Source: Macrostomum hystrix (Eukaryota; Animalia; Platyhelminthes). Taken from it: a stretch of 64,000 nt of DNA. Within the stretch, counting starts at the first letter, position 1, and every line of letters starts with the position of its first letter. Where the stretch lies: NCBI GenBank assembly GCA_950097015.1, contig CATNEN010000014.1, positions 1,054,001-1,118,000 of the forward strand, written 5' to 3'. Shown piece after piece: positions 35,647 to 48,830 of this stretch. A program made the position numbers and the translations under genes. The notes beneath the pieces are model-generated. The model saw only the letters and a program-made list of their open reading frames with translations. It did not search any database and was not told the origin of the DNA.

Positions 35647-37342
35647 ATAGTGTTAAGAGTTTTGTTTAGGAATCTTCTTTAGACTCTGATAGATCTTTAA
35701 AACAAAAAACATATCTAGGCTTTGCTAGCCTTGAATTAACTATTCAGTATTTAGAACAATGAATAAGTAGCTCTAGCTTTAGCCAAAAAGTTTTTAGGCA
35801 ATGGCTATTGTTCTATTATAGAACTATGTAACTCTAGCCTAGATATAAGTGACAGGCTTCCATGTTTAATATTTATATATTCTAGATGTAATCTAAAGTA
35901 GTCAATATTTAAATATAATGATCCAAACATAAAAGAGAGAAAGGGGTCAATGTATCACCCAAATATACTGCAATGGGCAACAGTCTGATTGAGTGATTGG
36001 GCCTACAGAACTTTAGTTTCTATATAACTGGCTTGACTAATGTTAGGCCCTAGATAATTATGGAACTGTAGCCTGCAGACTACAAGATTAAAAAAATAAG
36101 TAAACAAACATTCTGTGCAAAGACTACAGGTCCCAAAAGGTCATTTATGTCTGTACACTAGAAGGAAAATGTAGCAATTGGCATTATGTACGCCAGTATG
36201 CCTCTACACCACGTCATAAACAATTGTATGATTTTTAAAACCTTTTAATCCTTTTACATCCTTTTAAAACTTTTAACTCTGTCATTTTAACTTCCATGCG
36301 TGCCATTTTAACTTTTAAAATGTTTTAAGTGTAAAAATAATTTAATGCAGCAAACTAGGAGTTTGTCTAACTTTTTTATTTAATCCTAGATTATAGCAGA
36401 TTTATTAAAAATGTAATCATCTTGATTGCCCCAAAAAGTAGCAATATAAGTGTACATAGACATAAAAGTAATTATAAAACGTGTAATTTAGCAGTAACTC
36501 AAATTCCTATTGTATTTCTGAGACTGACTAAAGAACAAAAAACATAGCAACTGTAATTACGAAACAGAAAAGATGATGATGATTACAACCTGCGCACAAA
36601 AGTATTTTTTCGCCGTTTTAAAAAGGCAGTTCTAATTTTCAGAATAGTAACCAAAAAGAAGTTATAATTTTAAGTATTGCATTTAAATTTAATTATATAG
36701 TTTAAATAGGTTTTTATTTTTATTTTTTAAGCATTATTATACCTTTTGTTTAACTCAACAAAAGTCTATGTTTTAAAATTGGTTTCAGGAACATTTCCCT
36801 GAAATGAAAGAAATTACTTGTAAATTCGCCTTAAGGTAATAAGTAGCGATCGAAATAATGTTGTTTGTTTTCGTAAGGCAATACCTGTTCTTTTTTGTTC
36901 TTAATGCTTCTATGTTTTGAATCAAAACTTCAATAGCATTGAATCTATTTTTTATGAACGAGTTGCTTTAGCTAAGGGCAAATCGATAAGAGACAAGACG
37001 CAGTAGAGACACGGGCGAGTGCAGGTCGATTGGGTGACAAGACGTTTTGGTGATATGTACATGTATAGGCCTAGTAATAGTGTAAAATAAAAAATACTTG
37101 AATTTGTAACAATATTGATACGACTCAATCGAATTTCCCTTCCCTTAATTTCCCAGATAATCATTAATAATTTAAATTGTTTGTTTTTTATGTATGCATA
37201 GTTAACATATTTTATAACAGGTTTGTTGCACTAATGACTATGTTGCAGGGCTTGAAATGATGTTTCATTTTACCAAAAATGCACAATGTAAAAAATGTAA
37301 ACATGGGATTCACATGGCCATGCTTGTTGCTATGGTAGTACT

Positions 37343-37623
37343 CATACATGCGCAACCTCCCAAATCTTAGCCGGCCGTGCGACTTAGTTTTTGCTCTCAT
37401 TTGCGACTTAGTTCATTTCATTGCTCTATTTACGACTTAGTTTGCTCTCATTTGCTCTCTTTTTCTCTCCCCTTTTTCCTTTTCTTCACGCCTTCCTTTT
37501 TTGTCCCTTGGTCCCCCCTTTGATTTTTTTGCGCTTGGTCAATTGGTTTTTGCGACTTACCTTGCTTGGCCCTCGTTTCACCCGGCTGGTTCGGCCGGGT
37601 CGGCCGGGTGTTGCGCATGTATG
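37343..37623. mobile_element. Non-autonomous hAT-type MITE, copy 2 (281 bp)
   Basis: Perfect 14-bp TIRs catacatgcgcaac / gttgcgcatgtatg; 8-bp TSD GTAGTACT at 37335-37342 and 37624-37631; internal sequence closely similar to copy 1. Confidence 0.92.
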
Positions 37624-38289
37624 GTAGTACTCCATGAGTCCATGACCATGCTTATGATGCAGGAACCCCCCCCATTGATGTGGCATCTATGATGTTACTA
37701 CCTGCCACCTACATTTACTGTCTTGGTCTACATTATGAAACATCTCAGGCTACAATACTTAAATATCATAGATTATTCATTTGTGTTGAATTAGCTCGGC
37801 ATCAATTACATTTGATATAGTTAGACAAAATTTTATAAAAGTTTTATGCATTTTAAAACCTCTTTTCATTTTCAATAGCAATATAAAGGAGTTCCTGTTG
37901 CATTATATTGATCTACAGTGCAAAGGCCTTTAGAAATCTCTTGTTCTACTTCTAGGTTATCTACTATGGTTGATAGTGTTATTTTGATTGGTGCCACTCT
38001 TTTCGTCTGCTGCTAGTTTGTCTGCTTGGCAGATGAACAAACTATTTTGCGTTAAACTTTTTGTCTGCTGGAAACTCAAGTTTAACAAGACTTAGATTCT
38101 TAGAACAACTAAAACCAGTAAAACAATCAATCAAACGACAAAACATAGCGCAAATTAAAAATCTTTAAACTTTGAACCACATATATATAGTGTATGCAAC
38201 TCATTGTCATTGCACACCACATTTGCATGCCTGGATAATTGAAATGTCAGATTTCTGTCTTGTCTGTCAAAAGATAGTCAGCACATGAC

Positions 38290-38909
38290 AGCAAGCCTTG
38301 TGCGATTTGTGTGATCAATGGCAGCATCGAATCTGTGGCATTTAATATGACCCTGACTGAGTATCACCAAACATCTTTCAAAGAGCAAAAGAGCGGATAA
38401 GGGCACACAACTCTTCTGCAAGCAGCTGATGGCCCTCATCTTCCTCCTAGTCAAACACATTTATACTGCATTTGGTGCTCTTGCCGACAAAGGTGAATAC
38501 AGAGGTGCTGGTTTCTTTGTGCCGCTATGTGGACATGACCTGGCTGTTGATTAGTGTGTGGAGCCTGCAAGAACTCTGTCCATGGCAAGAGGGAGTGGAC
38601 GAATAACTCGGTGGAGGGCTGGATGTAAACCGAAGAGTGAGGAAGGGCAACTTGAGTCTCTATGCCTTGAATGATCTCCTATTGCAACAGGCTACCCTTG
38701 CAGTTCTGCAGTCTCGACAGCTGCAAGCTACTGGCAAGCCTGGAAGACGAGTCAGGCTAGTCAGGCTAGTCTACAGATACTGCAAGGCCAAGATTCAGGC
38801 GGCATGGCAGAAATTCGATAGCAGCACTCATCAAGAGAAGGACATTATGCGCCTTCTCCAGTTTTGCACTGAGCTGACAGCAAAGTTTGTTAAGCTGCCC
38901 ACTGAGTAA
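38290..38909 (+). pseudogene. Degenerate Mutator/MULE-like transposase, C-terminal fragment
   Basis: Across frameshifts: CKQLMALIFLLVKHIYTAF (from 38417), RYVDMTWLLISVWS, WTNNSVEGW (to 38622), NRRVRKGNLSLYAL. These resemble the MULE LMALPFLP...Y...TW...RTNN.VEGWH pattern, recalled rather than searched. Confidence 0.7.
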
Positions 38910-40290
38910 CTAACTTTGTGAGTAACTACTCACTGATGCCACAATGACTGAGGATGTTAAATATTTTTGCTTTGGTTTTTATCACTTTAAGAACATGAAC
39001 TTTTCAAAAACTAAGTGGTGCTGCTCAAGTTGCATTTTTGTAGTCGCAACTGTTTAAACTTTGTCTATACTCTGTTCAATTACTCATACTCATAATTTTA
39101 TTGCAAGTGAATGCCAATTTGAGATGTGAGCTCGTATTTAAAATGTATACGCTGTCATTCACAAATTGTGCAAATTGTCTTCATTCTGTTGTGTATAAAC
39201 TTTGTCTATTGTCTTAACAGACTTATTTTTATGAACATGTGCCCGTATTATTAGTCGTAAATCATACACTCTCATTGCCACAAGTATCGAGAATGTGCGG
39301 CCCGCCATCCTACCTCAAATTGAAATCTCTGTCTACGCAACTGCAAGCAACACATTGCATGGGCAGCTCCTGTGGTTAACAAAACCAGTAGTAAAAGAGA
39401 ACAATAGAAAGCGGAGCATTGAGTCTCAACTTGCAAACAATAGGCCCCAGCAATGCCCAGACAATTGGTTCTCAATACACCGATTGAGAAAAAAATTAAA
39501 ATATTAAATGGTCAGGTAATAAATCTATCATCACTTCTAAAGCTAAATACATTTGTATGATGCCTAAATAAACTTGTCAGCCGAAAGCAAAAAATAACTC
39601 ATATTCATATGCTAGTCTGTTGACTTTTTTAGCCATGTTGCTTGTCATGTGACAGAATGCTTGCAGCGGTGATTTATCTGATCTCAAGTGATATATATAT
39701 GTGCATTTATATCGACACACACTCTGCAATAACTTGCTTAGTCATTACTTTATAGGTAGGGAGAGAAAGGGAGTAGGGAGAGAGGGGAAGGAGAAGGGGA
39801 GAGAAAGTGGTTCTAGACAAAGAGACAGAAGATCTAGAGATTCCTGTGATTCGATTTTTATTCTGACCAAGCATTTTATTGCATTTCAATTTAGCAAAAC
39901 AATATAATAAAAAACTTGTGTTTTCTACTAAAAGTAATGCTGCAAATTTGCTACAATTTTTTAATATGAAAATGAGAGAAGTGAGTGAGAACAGCTCTTG
40001 TCTCAATTGGGGATTCCTGTGAGCCCTACCCCAACACTCCATGAAACCCAGAGGTTTTGGTGCTAACAAACCAAGGACTTCTATAAATAGCATCTATAGA
40101 AGATGTTTCTATTCGAATCTAGTGGTCCTTGCAACAAACACACCCCTATACACACACACAAACTACATGGCAGGGCTTATACTCGTATATGCCATAGAAT
40201 GGCCAGCAGACGAACAGAATTGCCCTCTCTGACAGCCAGTCAACGTCAGCATGTCGAACCATCAGGTTCGGGTAAACTTTTGCCTTGAGC

Positions 40291-41507
40291 TTTTTTGACG
40301 ATTTTTGAGCAGTTTTTGCACTTTTGAGCAGGAAGGAAATGATTTTTCGGGAATTTGAGTAGCCTATTGCACTCAGCGTAGGTGGTTTTAGGTATGTGCA
40401 AAGTTTGGTGCGATTTGGTTGAGCGGTTTCGGCGTCTATAAAGACAAAAGACAGACACTGGGACGCCACCGCACTCACCGCACTCAGTCTCAGTGCTGCT
40501 TGGGGGCCAGTAGACAGTCTAGGGGTTTGGGCTGTGTACATTCACGGCTTGAAATACAATGTACAGTCTGGGGCTTCAGCGCCTGGGGAAGGGAGGGGGT
40601 GGCTGTAATAAAATTTAGCCCGCAGAGTGGCGGAGGGGAGTTGGGGTGGCTGTCCTCGGAAAACAAAAAGTGACTCACTTGAGATGATGCAGCTTTGCTC
40701 TGGATTGAGTAGAGATGTTCAAAATTGACAGCATTGTTGGAAAACATGTAAAGTGTAAGTGGATCAAATTTGGAGAAAATCTGACAAGGTGTGGTGACGA
40801 TATGTCGAATTGAGTGATTTTTTGACAATTTTTGAGCAGTTTTTTGCACTTTTGAGCAGGAAGGAAATGATTTTTCGGGAATTTGAGTAGCCTATTGCAC
40901 TCAGCGTAGGTGGTTTTAGGTATGTGCAAAGTTTGGTGCGATTTGGTTGAGCGGTTTCGGCGTCTATAAAGACAAAAGACAGACACTGGGACGCCACCGC
41001 ACTCACCGCACTCAGTCTCAGTGCTGCTTGGGGGCCAGTAGACAGTCTAGGGGTTTGGGCTGTGTACATTCACGGCTTGAAATACAATGTACAGTCTGGG
41101 GCTTCAGCGCCTGGGGAAGGGAGGGGGTGGCTGTAATAAAATTTAGCCCGCAGAGTGGCGGAGGGGAGTTGGGGTGGCTGTCCTCGGAAAACAAAAAGTG
41201 ACTCACTTTGAGATGATGCAGCTTTGCTCTGGATTGAGTAGAGATGTTCAAAATTGACAGCATTGTTGGAAAACATGTAAAGTGTAAGTGGATCAAATTT
41301 GGAGAAAATCTGACAAGGTGTGGTGACGATATGTCGAATTGAGTGATTTTTTGACAATTTTTGAGCAGTTTTTTGCACTTTTGAGCAGGAAGGAAATGAT
41401 TTTTCGGGAATTTGAGTAGCCTATTGCACTCAGCGTAGGTGGTTTTAGGTATGTGCAAAGTTTGGTGCGATTTGGTTGAGCGGTTTCGGCGTCTATAAAG
41501 ACAAAAG
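40291..41507 (+). repeat. Tandem duplication of a 527-529-bp unit (~2.3 copies)
   Basis: Equivalent positions at 40297/40824/41353 and 40419/40947/41476; copies differ almost only in homopolymer length. Confidence 0.93.
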
Positions 41508-43217
41508 GTTGCACACACACACACACACACAGACAGACAGAGTTTTCACTTTTATATATATAGATTTTCTTATGGTTCTCATACATTTTCAAAATAGACA
41601 TTTCATCTGCCAAGGACACATTTGTTCCACATGTCCTGTGTTACAACTGATGAAATTTATTTCAAAATGATTAGACTGCAAATTTGGATAAGAAAAATGT
41701 GCCAAAATGTGAGGTCTAAATCAAAATAGCTCAAAATTACTATGTTAAAAAATGAAAAAAACGAGCTATAAATTATACCAATGACAAAGTGTCCACAAAT
41801 TTTGAGTCACTTTGTCATGCCCCTCTTTCACGCAAATATCATTGACAGTTTGTCATCCCAATTAGCAGTCTTTACTAATAGTTTTGCTAATGCCAACTTT
41901 AACCGCATAGATCCATGCCAATAATGCCTACCTTATCTGCATATCAGCTTTCTGGAATTGGCCACCAAATTGTACATGTATATGCCAGCCAACAAATGCC
42001 CACCTTTTCAGTATAAAGTATGTATGAACCAATGAAGACAAGTCACTTCTACTCCAACACAATTTCAAATATTGCTAAACTTAAAATATTTAAGTGCACA
42101 TTTCATAAACCAGTTTTATTATTAATAACTGTCTTATTTTTATCATCTCATAGGACTTTTTATTTAATTAGCTAAATTTTAAAGTGCAATAGCAAATAAT
42201 TTGTTAAAGTTTGATGTTTAAATTGATTTTATCAGCTCTAAGTTCCTATCTTATTATTATAAAGTTTGTGCAAATCATTATAAAAAAATGTATTAATAAA
42301 AATGCTTGCAACAATTCTAAATTTATAACAGATTCACTGAAATATCATAGATATAGATATCTATATCTATAGATAGATAGATAGATAGATAGATATAGAT
42401 ATAATTTTATCTATATTGCTTGCCCAAAATTGTACTTATTGAGCCTAAAAAACTTTTAGAAACAAAAATATAATGCACATAAGAACAGGTACAATGGTAT
42501 AGCTATTAATTGTTAGACAATGCAAAATAGTGTAAGCCAATCCTATGCTACCTGTTTACCTGAGTTATCATATCAGGTATAGCTATTGTTTTATTTTAGC
42601 ACTTAACTGACAAAATAAAAACAAAATGTACAGCTAAAACATGACTATGAACTACCAGTCAGAATTAAGCACGATGAGAAATGAAGCAATCTTTGTGTTA
42701 GTGAACGTCTTTTTATGTTCAATTTCAATTGTTTAAATGTTTGCAAGCCAAATTTTTTGTCATTGTATGCATGATAGATTTGCATTTAACAATGTGGCAC
42801 ACTAACACTATTTAACAGTACTTATGTAAAGGAGCTGTCTTTGTAATCTGATTTCAGTCTATTAATCTTATCATCATAATGATGATCAAGTATCAGTTAA
42901 TGAGCCTAAGCTCAAAATGACTATAATGCTTAGATCCAGTTAGAAATTTTGAAGTTTCGGGCAAGATAATTTGCAGTATTTTCTTTGAATTCTTTGAAAA
43001 TTCACACTTAACTACTCACGTAAGTAGTAAAGTTCATAACTAATAAAGATGTTGATGTCACTGCCAAGTGGAAGGAAAATTATCATAATGTGACTATTAT
43101 TTAGTATTATTAATGCAACCGAACTCGGCCATTTTTTGCAGGTTTACTGTAATGTAACAAAGGACCCTGTGCTATCGACTTACACATATTATATAAAGAT
43201 ATTTATTGGTATTTGAA

Positions 43218-46200
43218 ATGAGCTTCAGCAGCGATGAAGTCAACTTTCTCATCTACCGCTACCTGCAGGAGTCAGGTGAGCTTTTTTGCTAAGCGACTCT
43301 AAATGCTGGCTAAATGTGCAGCCGTATTTTGTATTTTCAAATAAGAAATTTATTTTTTTAATGACGGTGCATTGTCCCGCAGGCTACCTGCACTCCGCCT
43401 ACCTGTTTGGCGTTGAGAGTCAGATCTCGAGTACTAACATCAACGGCTCAATGGTGCCGCCGGCCGCCCTCCTGCAGATCATCCAGAAAGGCCTTCAGTA
43501 CACAGAGGCCGAGATCAGCATCGGCGAGGGCGGCTCAGAGCGAGTGGTGGAGTCGCTCTCTCTCATCGACTCGGTGATGCCCGAAGTCGTGGAGATGCGC
43601 AAGAAGCAGGTGGCTGAGGCTGAGAAGTGTCGCACAGGCAGCCGGACTGGCACCGGTGAGGAGCCGGGACCCTGCTCACATGACTATCCAGAATGCAACA
43701 TTCCGCATCCTGATCCCGTCATTCGATATCCTGATCCCGTCATTCGATATCCTGATCCCGTCATTCGATATCCTGATCCCGTCATTCGATATCCTGATCC
43801 CGTCTTTCGTTTACCTGATCCCGTCATTCGATATCCTGATCCCGTCTTTCGTTTACCTGATCCCATCATTCGTTTACTTGATCCCACTATTCCATATTTA
43901 GATCCCATCATTCATCATCCTGATCTCACAATTCATCATCCTGATCTCATCATTGATCATCCTGATCTCATCATTGATCATCCTGATCTCATCATTCATC
44001 ATCCTGATCTCATCATTGATCATCCTGATCTCATCATTCATCATCCTGATCTCATCATTGATAATCCTGATCTCATCATTCATCATCCTGATCTCATCAT
44101 TCATCATCCTGATCTCATCATTCATCATCCTGATCCATGTCTGTATCTCTCATGTTTCTATTATTTTTATTAATGTTCCGCCCGCTGCCATTGCAATTCT
44201 TCATCGACAAGGCGGCAAGTCCTACGGTCAGGCGGTCAACGGCGAGGACCACATGGGGCCGGACGGTGAGGGCTCCGCATCTGCAGGCCGCGACTCCCTG
44301 GCAGTGCCTGTCGAGATCCCACCTAGCCGCGTCACAGTGCTGCGCGGCCACGAGTCCGAGGTGTTCATCTGCGCTTGGAATCCCCGCCAGGACCTCCTGG
44401 CCAGCGGCTCCGGCGACTCCACCGCCCGCTTGTGGGACGCAGACGATCTGGCTACGGCCGGTGATCCCAAAAAGCAGATGGTGCTGAAGCACTGCATCAG
44501 CCGGGGCGGCATGGACGTGCCAAGCAACAAAGATGTCACCTCACTGGACTGGAATGTGAGTTGGCTACCGTACTTTAATTAGCTCTGCCCAGTCAGCCAG
44601 CAATATTGATCAGCCCCTAGCTCTGCGTGTAATATTGGTAGCTCCACTCTGAATCGCATGATCCATTCTGTTCCAAGGAGTTGTTGAAGTCACGAATCTC
44701 TTCGTTTGCGCTTGCAGAACGACGGCAGCCGTCTGGCCACGGGCTCCTACGATGGCTACGCTCGCCTCTGGGCAACAGACGGTAAAATTGCAAGCCATGT
44801 TTTTCAGTAGTACAAAAGAAACAGTTCTGCTGAGGCTGAGATTAGGATTAACTCGCGCAATCCCTAAATCTCGCACATCCAGGCACCCTGGTGTGCACTC
44901 TGGGCCAGCACAAGGGCCCGATATTTGCTCTGAAGTGGAACAGGGCCGGCAATCTTATCCTCAGCGCCGGCGTCGACAAGACCACCATTATCTGGGATGC
45001 CACAACTGGACAGTCCAAGCAGCAGTTCGCGTTTCACACAGGTGATCAGTTGTTCCTCTGACACTTATCTATTACTAGATCCTGACTTTCCATCTTGTAC
45101 TAGTTCTTGACTTCCATCTTGTACTAGTTCTTGACTTCCATCTTGTACTAGTTCTTGACTTCCATCTTGTACTAGTTCTTGACTTCCATCTTGTACTAGT
45201 TCTTGACTTCTGTCTTATACTAGTTCCCGACTTCCATCTTGTACTAGTTCTTGACTTCCATCTTGTACTAGTTCCCGACTTCCATCTTGTACTAGTTCTT
45301 GACTTCTGTCTTATACTAGTTCCCGACTTCCATCTTGTACTAGTTCCCGACTTCCATCTTGTACTAGTTCTTGACTTCCATCTTGTATTAGTTCTTGACT
45401 TCTGTCTTGTACTAGTTCTTGACTTACATCTTGTACTAGTTCTTGACTTCCATCTTGTACTAGTTCCCGACTTCCATCTTGTACTAGTTCCTGACTTCCA
45501 TCTTGTACTAGTTCCTAACAGTATTTGTTGTCCTGAATCTCCTCTGTCCACAGCGCCCGCCCTCGACGTCGACTGGCAGAACAACAACACCTTTGCCAGC
45601 TGCTCCACTGATCAGAGTATTCAGGTGTGCCGGCTTGGCCGCGACCAGCCTATCGAGATCTTCCGAGGCCACACCAACGAGGTCAACGCCATCAAGTGGG
45701 ACCCGCAGGGCCGCCTGCTGGCCTCCTGTTCGGATGACATGACCTTGAAGTTGTGGTCCATGGACAAGCCGCACCCAATTCACGACTTCAAGGCCCACCA
45801 GAAGGAGATCTACACCATAAAGTGGAGCCCCACTGGCTACAACTCGCAAAATCCCAATGCCAACCTCTACCTGGCCAGGTAAAAACATTATCTCTTTGAT
45901 TTTTGAAGCCCAGGCCATAGTTAAGCAGAAAGGGATTTTGACATTCTCGATAGAGGGGATTAGGATTAGGGTTTTTGTATAAGGGTGCTTGTCGTATTTT
46001 CCTTTTCGGATAGCTCTGATGATCTCCTGAGGACAAGAGGAGATCTTGGGATTTAATATTGACAAGAGGGGATCTTGGGATTTAATATTGAGAAGAGGGG
46101 ATCTTGGGAGTTATTATTGACAAGATGGTATCTTGGGAGTTATTATCGACAAGAGGGGATCTTGGGAGTTATTATCGACAAGAGGGGATCTTGGGATTTA

Positions 46201-47506
46201 ATATTGACAAGAGGGGATCTTGGGATTTAATATTGACAAGAGGGGATCTTGGGATTTAATATTGACAAGAGGGGATCTTGGGATTTAATATTGACAAGAG
46301 GGGATCTTGGGATTTAATATCGACAAGAGGGGATCTTGGGATTTAATATTGACAAGAGGGGATCTTGGGATTTAATATTGACAAGAGGGGATCTTGGGAT
46401 TTAATATTGACAAAAGGGAATCGTGGGATTTATTATCAATAAGAGGGGATTCATTTGCAATAGTGGAAATTGGGATTCGAGATTTTTCAATCATGGGTCG
46501 TAGGACGGGAGTTATTTTGCTGTTTTTCTAGTTAAAAGACCGTTGTAGGGGATATATTTCTATTTAAATTTTTGTGATTGTCTTTGTTTAGTTGGTACAG
46601 TCTTTTATTGTTATTGGCCTGACTTCCCTGCATCGCCGCCGCATGTTTTCAGCGCCAGCTTCGATTCGACCGTCCGCCTGTGGGACGTGGAAGCCGGCTG
46701 CTGCGCCCAGGTGTTCTCCAATCACAAGGAGCCCGTCTATAGCGTGGCCTTCTCACCGTGCGGTCATTACCTTGCCTCTGGCAGCTTTGATAAATGCGTA
46801 CATATTTGGGACATTGCGGTGAGTGAAAGTTGCCAATAATAATTCATATGTATTATTTTTTAGCCTTCTATTATCTAATCCTCACACTCCACTAACACTT
46901 CAGTCGGGCTCTCTGGTGCACAAATACCAGGGCACTGGCGGCATTTTCGAGGTGTGCTGGAATCACAGGGGCGATCGAGTGGGTGCCAGCGCGGCAGATG
47001 GCACGGTGAGTTATCAACTCTCTTTTTCGAAGGCCAGGAATATTGCTGTGCTATCTGAGTTCGAATTTGCTGCTTCTGTGTGCTCCGCTGTGATTAGCTG
47101 GCCAAAAACCTTTATCTTATTGTATGTTTTTCTGTGCTCAGCTGTGATTGGCTGGCCATTAACCTCTGTCTCATTGGATGCATTAGGTGCTCGTCTTTGA
47201 TTGGCTGGCCATTAACCTGTCTTATTGTATGCTTTAGTGTGCTCAGCTGTGATTGGCTGGCCATTGACCTTTATCTCTTTGGATGCATTAGGTGCTCAGC
47301 TGTGATTGGCTGGCCATTGACCTTTATCTCTTTGGATGCATTCGGTGCTCAGTTGTGATTGGCTGGCCATTAATCAGCTGCTTCAGTTAGTCGATAATAC
47401 TATTATTAATTGATCTGCAACGAGACAGTCAGAAAAAATCCCCAGAATCTCTCTAGCGCAGCTTTCTCCCCCATTGCAGGTGGTGATTCTGGATCTGCGT
47501 CGCTAG
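43218..47506 (+). CDS. TBL1XR1: F-box-like/WD40 corepressor TBL1XR1/ebi (~505 aa); exons 43218-43275, 43383-43655, 44212-44555, 44718-44781, 44883-45041, 45554-45878, 46653-46818, 46904-47005, 47480-47506
   Basis: Lis[106 protein letters not shown]. Eight GT-AG introns join in frame (1518 nt). Confidence 0.95.
43705..44135 (+). repeat. 21-bp bipartite minisatellite (cctgatcccgtcattcgatat changing to cctgatctcatcattcatcat) in TBL1 intron 2
   Basis: Direct reading. Confidence 0.93.
45082..45515 (+). repeat. 24-bp minisatellite (gacttccatcttgtactagttctt), ~18 copies, TBL1 intron 5
   Basis: Direct reading. Confidence 0.94.
46035..46450 (+). repeat. 29-bp minisatellite (gacaagaggggatcttgggatttaatatt), ~14 copies, TBL1 intron 6
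   Basis: Direct reading. Confidence 0.94.
47070..47375 (+). repeat. Degenerate ~55-bp repeat (gctcagctgtgattggctggccatt...) in TBL1 intron 8
   Basis: Five to six recurrences of gattggctggccatt. Confidence 0.8.
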
Positions 47507-47932
47507 ACCTGTGTGCAGCCCCGGATCGATGCCCTGAGCAGCTTCTCAATTAGAATGGCAGAGTTTTGTCCAGCTTTTCCTAATCATGGCGATGGAATTT
47601 CCCTTAGTGTCTATTTCTTTCTAATGTGTCTGTTTTGTCTCACAGATGTCTAGGCAAATAGTCTGTTTGTCCGTCTGTCGCTACCCGACCTAAACTAATG
47701 TTGAATTGGTCTCTGCTATCCGCCTGCTCTGAATCGATAGTTTATAGATGTTCTTCTCTATTGTTAGCTCCTTATCTGTTTCGCCTCTCCCCTTGACCTT
47801 TGTTGTAACGCCAGCCCCAGCCACTACAGAGCCCAGCTGTAGCATTCGCTCCTCATCCATTTTTACTTAAGTAGTAACTTAAAGTCCGTTAATTGTATCA
47901 TTTCCGTTAACGTTAATTTTGTCATGTACAGC

Positions 47933-47938
47933 AATAAA
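47933..47938 (+). terminator. Candidate poly(A) signal of TBL1XR1
   Basis: AATAAA ~430 nt after the stop codon. Confidence 0.5.
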
Positions 47939-48544
47939 AATGAGTGTGAAACAAGCGGAAACTTATCGCTAAGTAACATGCGCTTGAGTTAATCCACCAA
48001 TTCTCGCAGGCTGGACTAACAAGGCTCAGGCCTACTATTTACCTTATGCAAACCTTGGGCACTAGTTTCTAGTGTGTCTCACACAATTCTGAATCAGTAA
48101 AATTCTGCATCGCATCTTAAAGGCTTACCTTTTTGTCTGTAGTTTCACTTGGCGCTTATATTTCAAATGTTGTGTCATTCTTTAATAGATGATTTCCATT
48201 TGACTATTCAAAGGCCAGCTTCTCTGTTTGTGTTTTCCGTTTTGTCTAAGCAACGAATTTCATTGCCTCACATTTTACTGTACCTTTAACGAGCTAACTG
48301 ATATTGCTGTTCGCCTGGCTTTACTTGCAGCCAGCCCTGGGCTCATTTTAGTGGCTCTACTGGTGAGTTTTTTAGCACTCATCCGACTCACCGACTTAGA
48401 GAATAATTGAAAAAGATAAGCAAATATTGTAGTGCAACAACATCTAATATAAGGGGCACTATCCATCCTATAGTCTGGCCACATTTTCTGTATTGCAGGC
48501 TGCCCACTTCATTGTGCGGCAGTGCAGCACGCCTTCCCTACTAG

Positions 48545-48830
48545 CCACCTCATGACCGCCCCTACCGCCCACCTCACGTCCTCCCTCTAACACCCACATC
48601 ACTCCCCTCACCCCGCACCTATCAACCACCTCACGCCCTGCCCCTACCACCCACCTCATGCGCTCCCTTTAACACCCACGTCACTCCCCGCGCCTACAAC
48701 CCACCTTACACCCCGCACATATCATCCACCTCAGGCTCTGCCCCTACCAACCACCTCACGCCCTTCCTCTAACACCCACGTCACTCCCTACACCTACAAC
48801 CTACCTTACACCCTCACTCCTCGCAATTGC
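48545..48830 (+). repeat. Degenerate C-rich tandem repeat (ccacctcac/acacccac units)
   Basis: Imperfect recurrences in the TBL1/EF-hand convergent intergenic region. Confidence 0.6.

Noticed and set aside
36145-36470. Possible inverted repeat (ttatgtctgtacac / gtgtacatagacataa) as another MITE
   Set aside because: Short, imperfect, no TSD found, AT-rich background.
42347-42370. 24-bp perfect palindrome next to (GATA)n
   Set aside because: Low-complexity AT microsatellite sequence that readily forms palindromes.
43286-44173. 295-aa ORF with [14 protein letters not shown] repeats as a novel TBL1 domain
   Set aside because: Read-through into intron 2 (556 nt, not a multiple of 3), ending in a stop; normal splicing restores the conserved protein.
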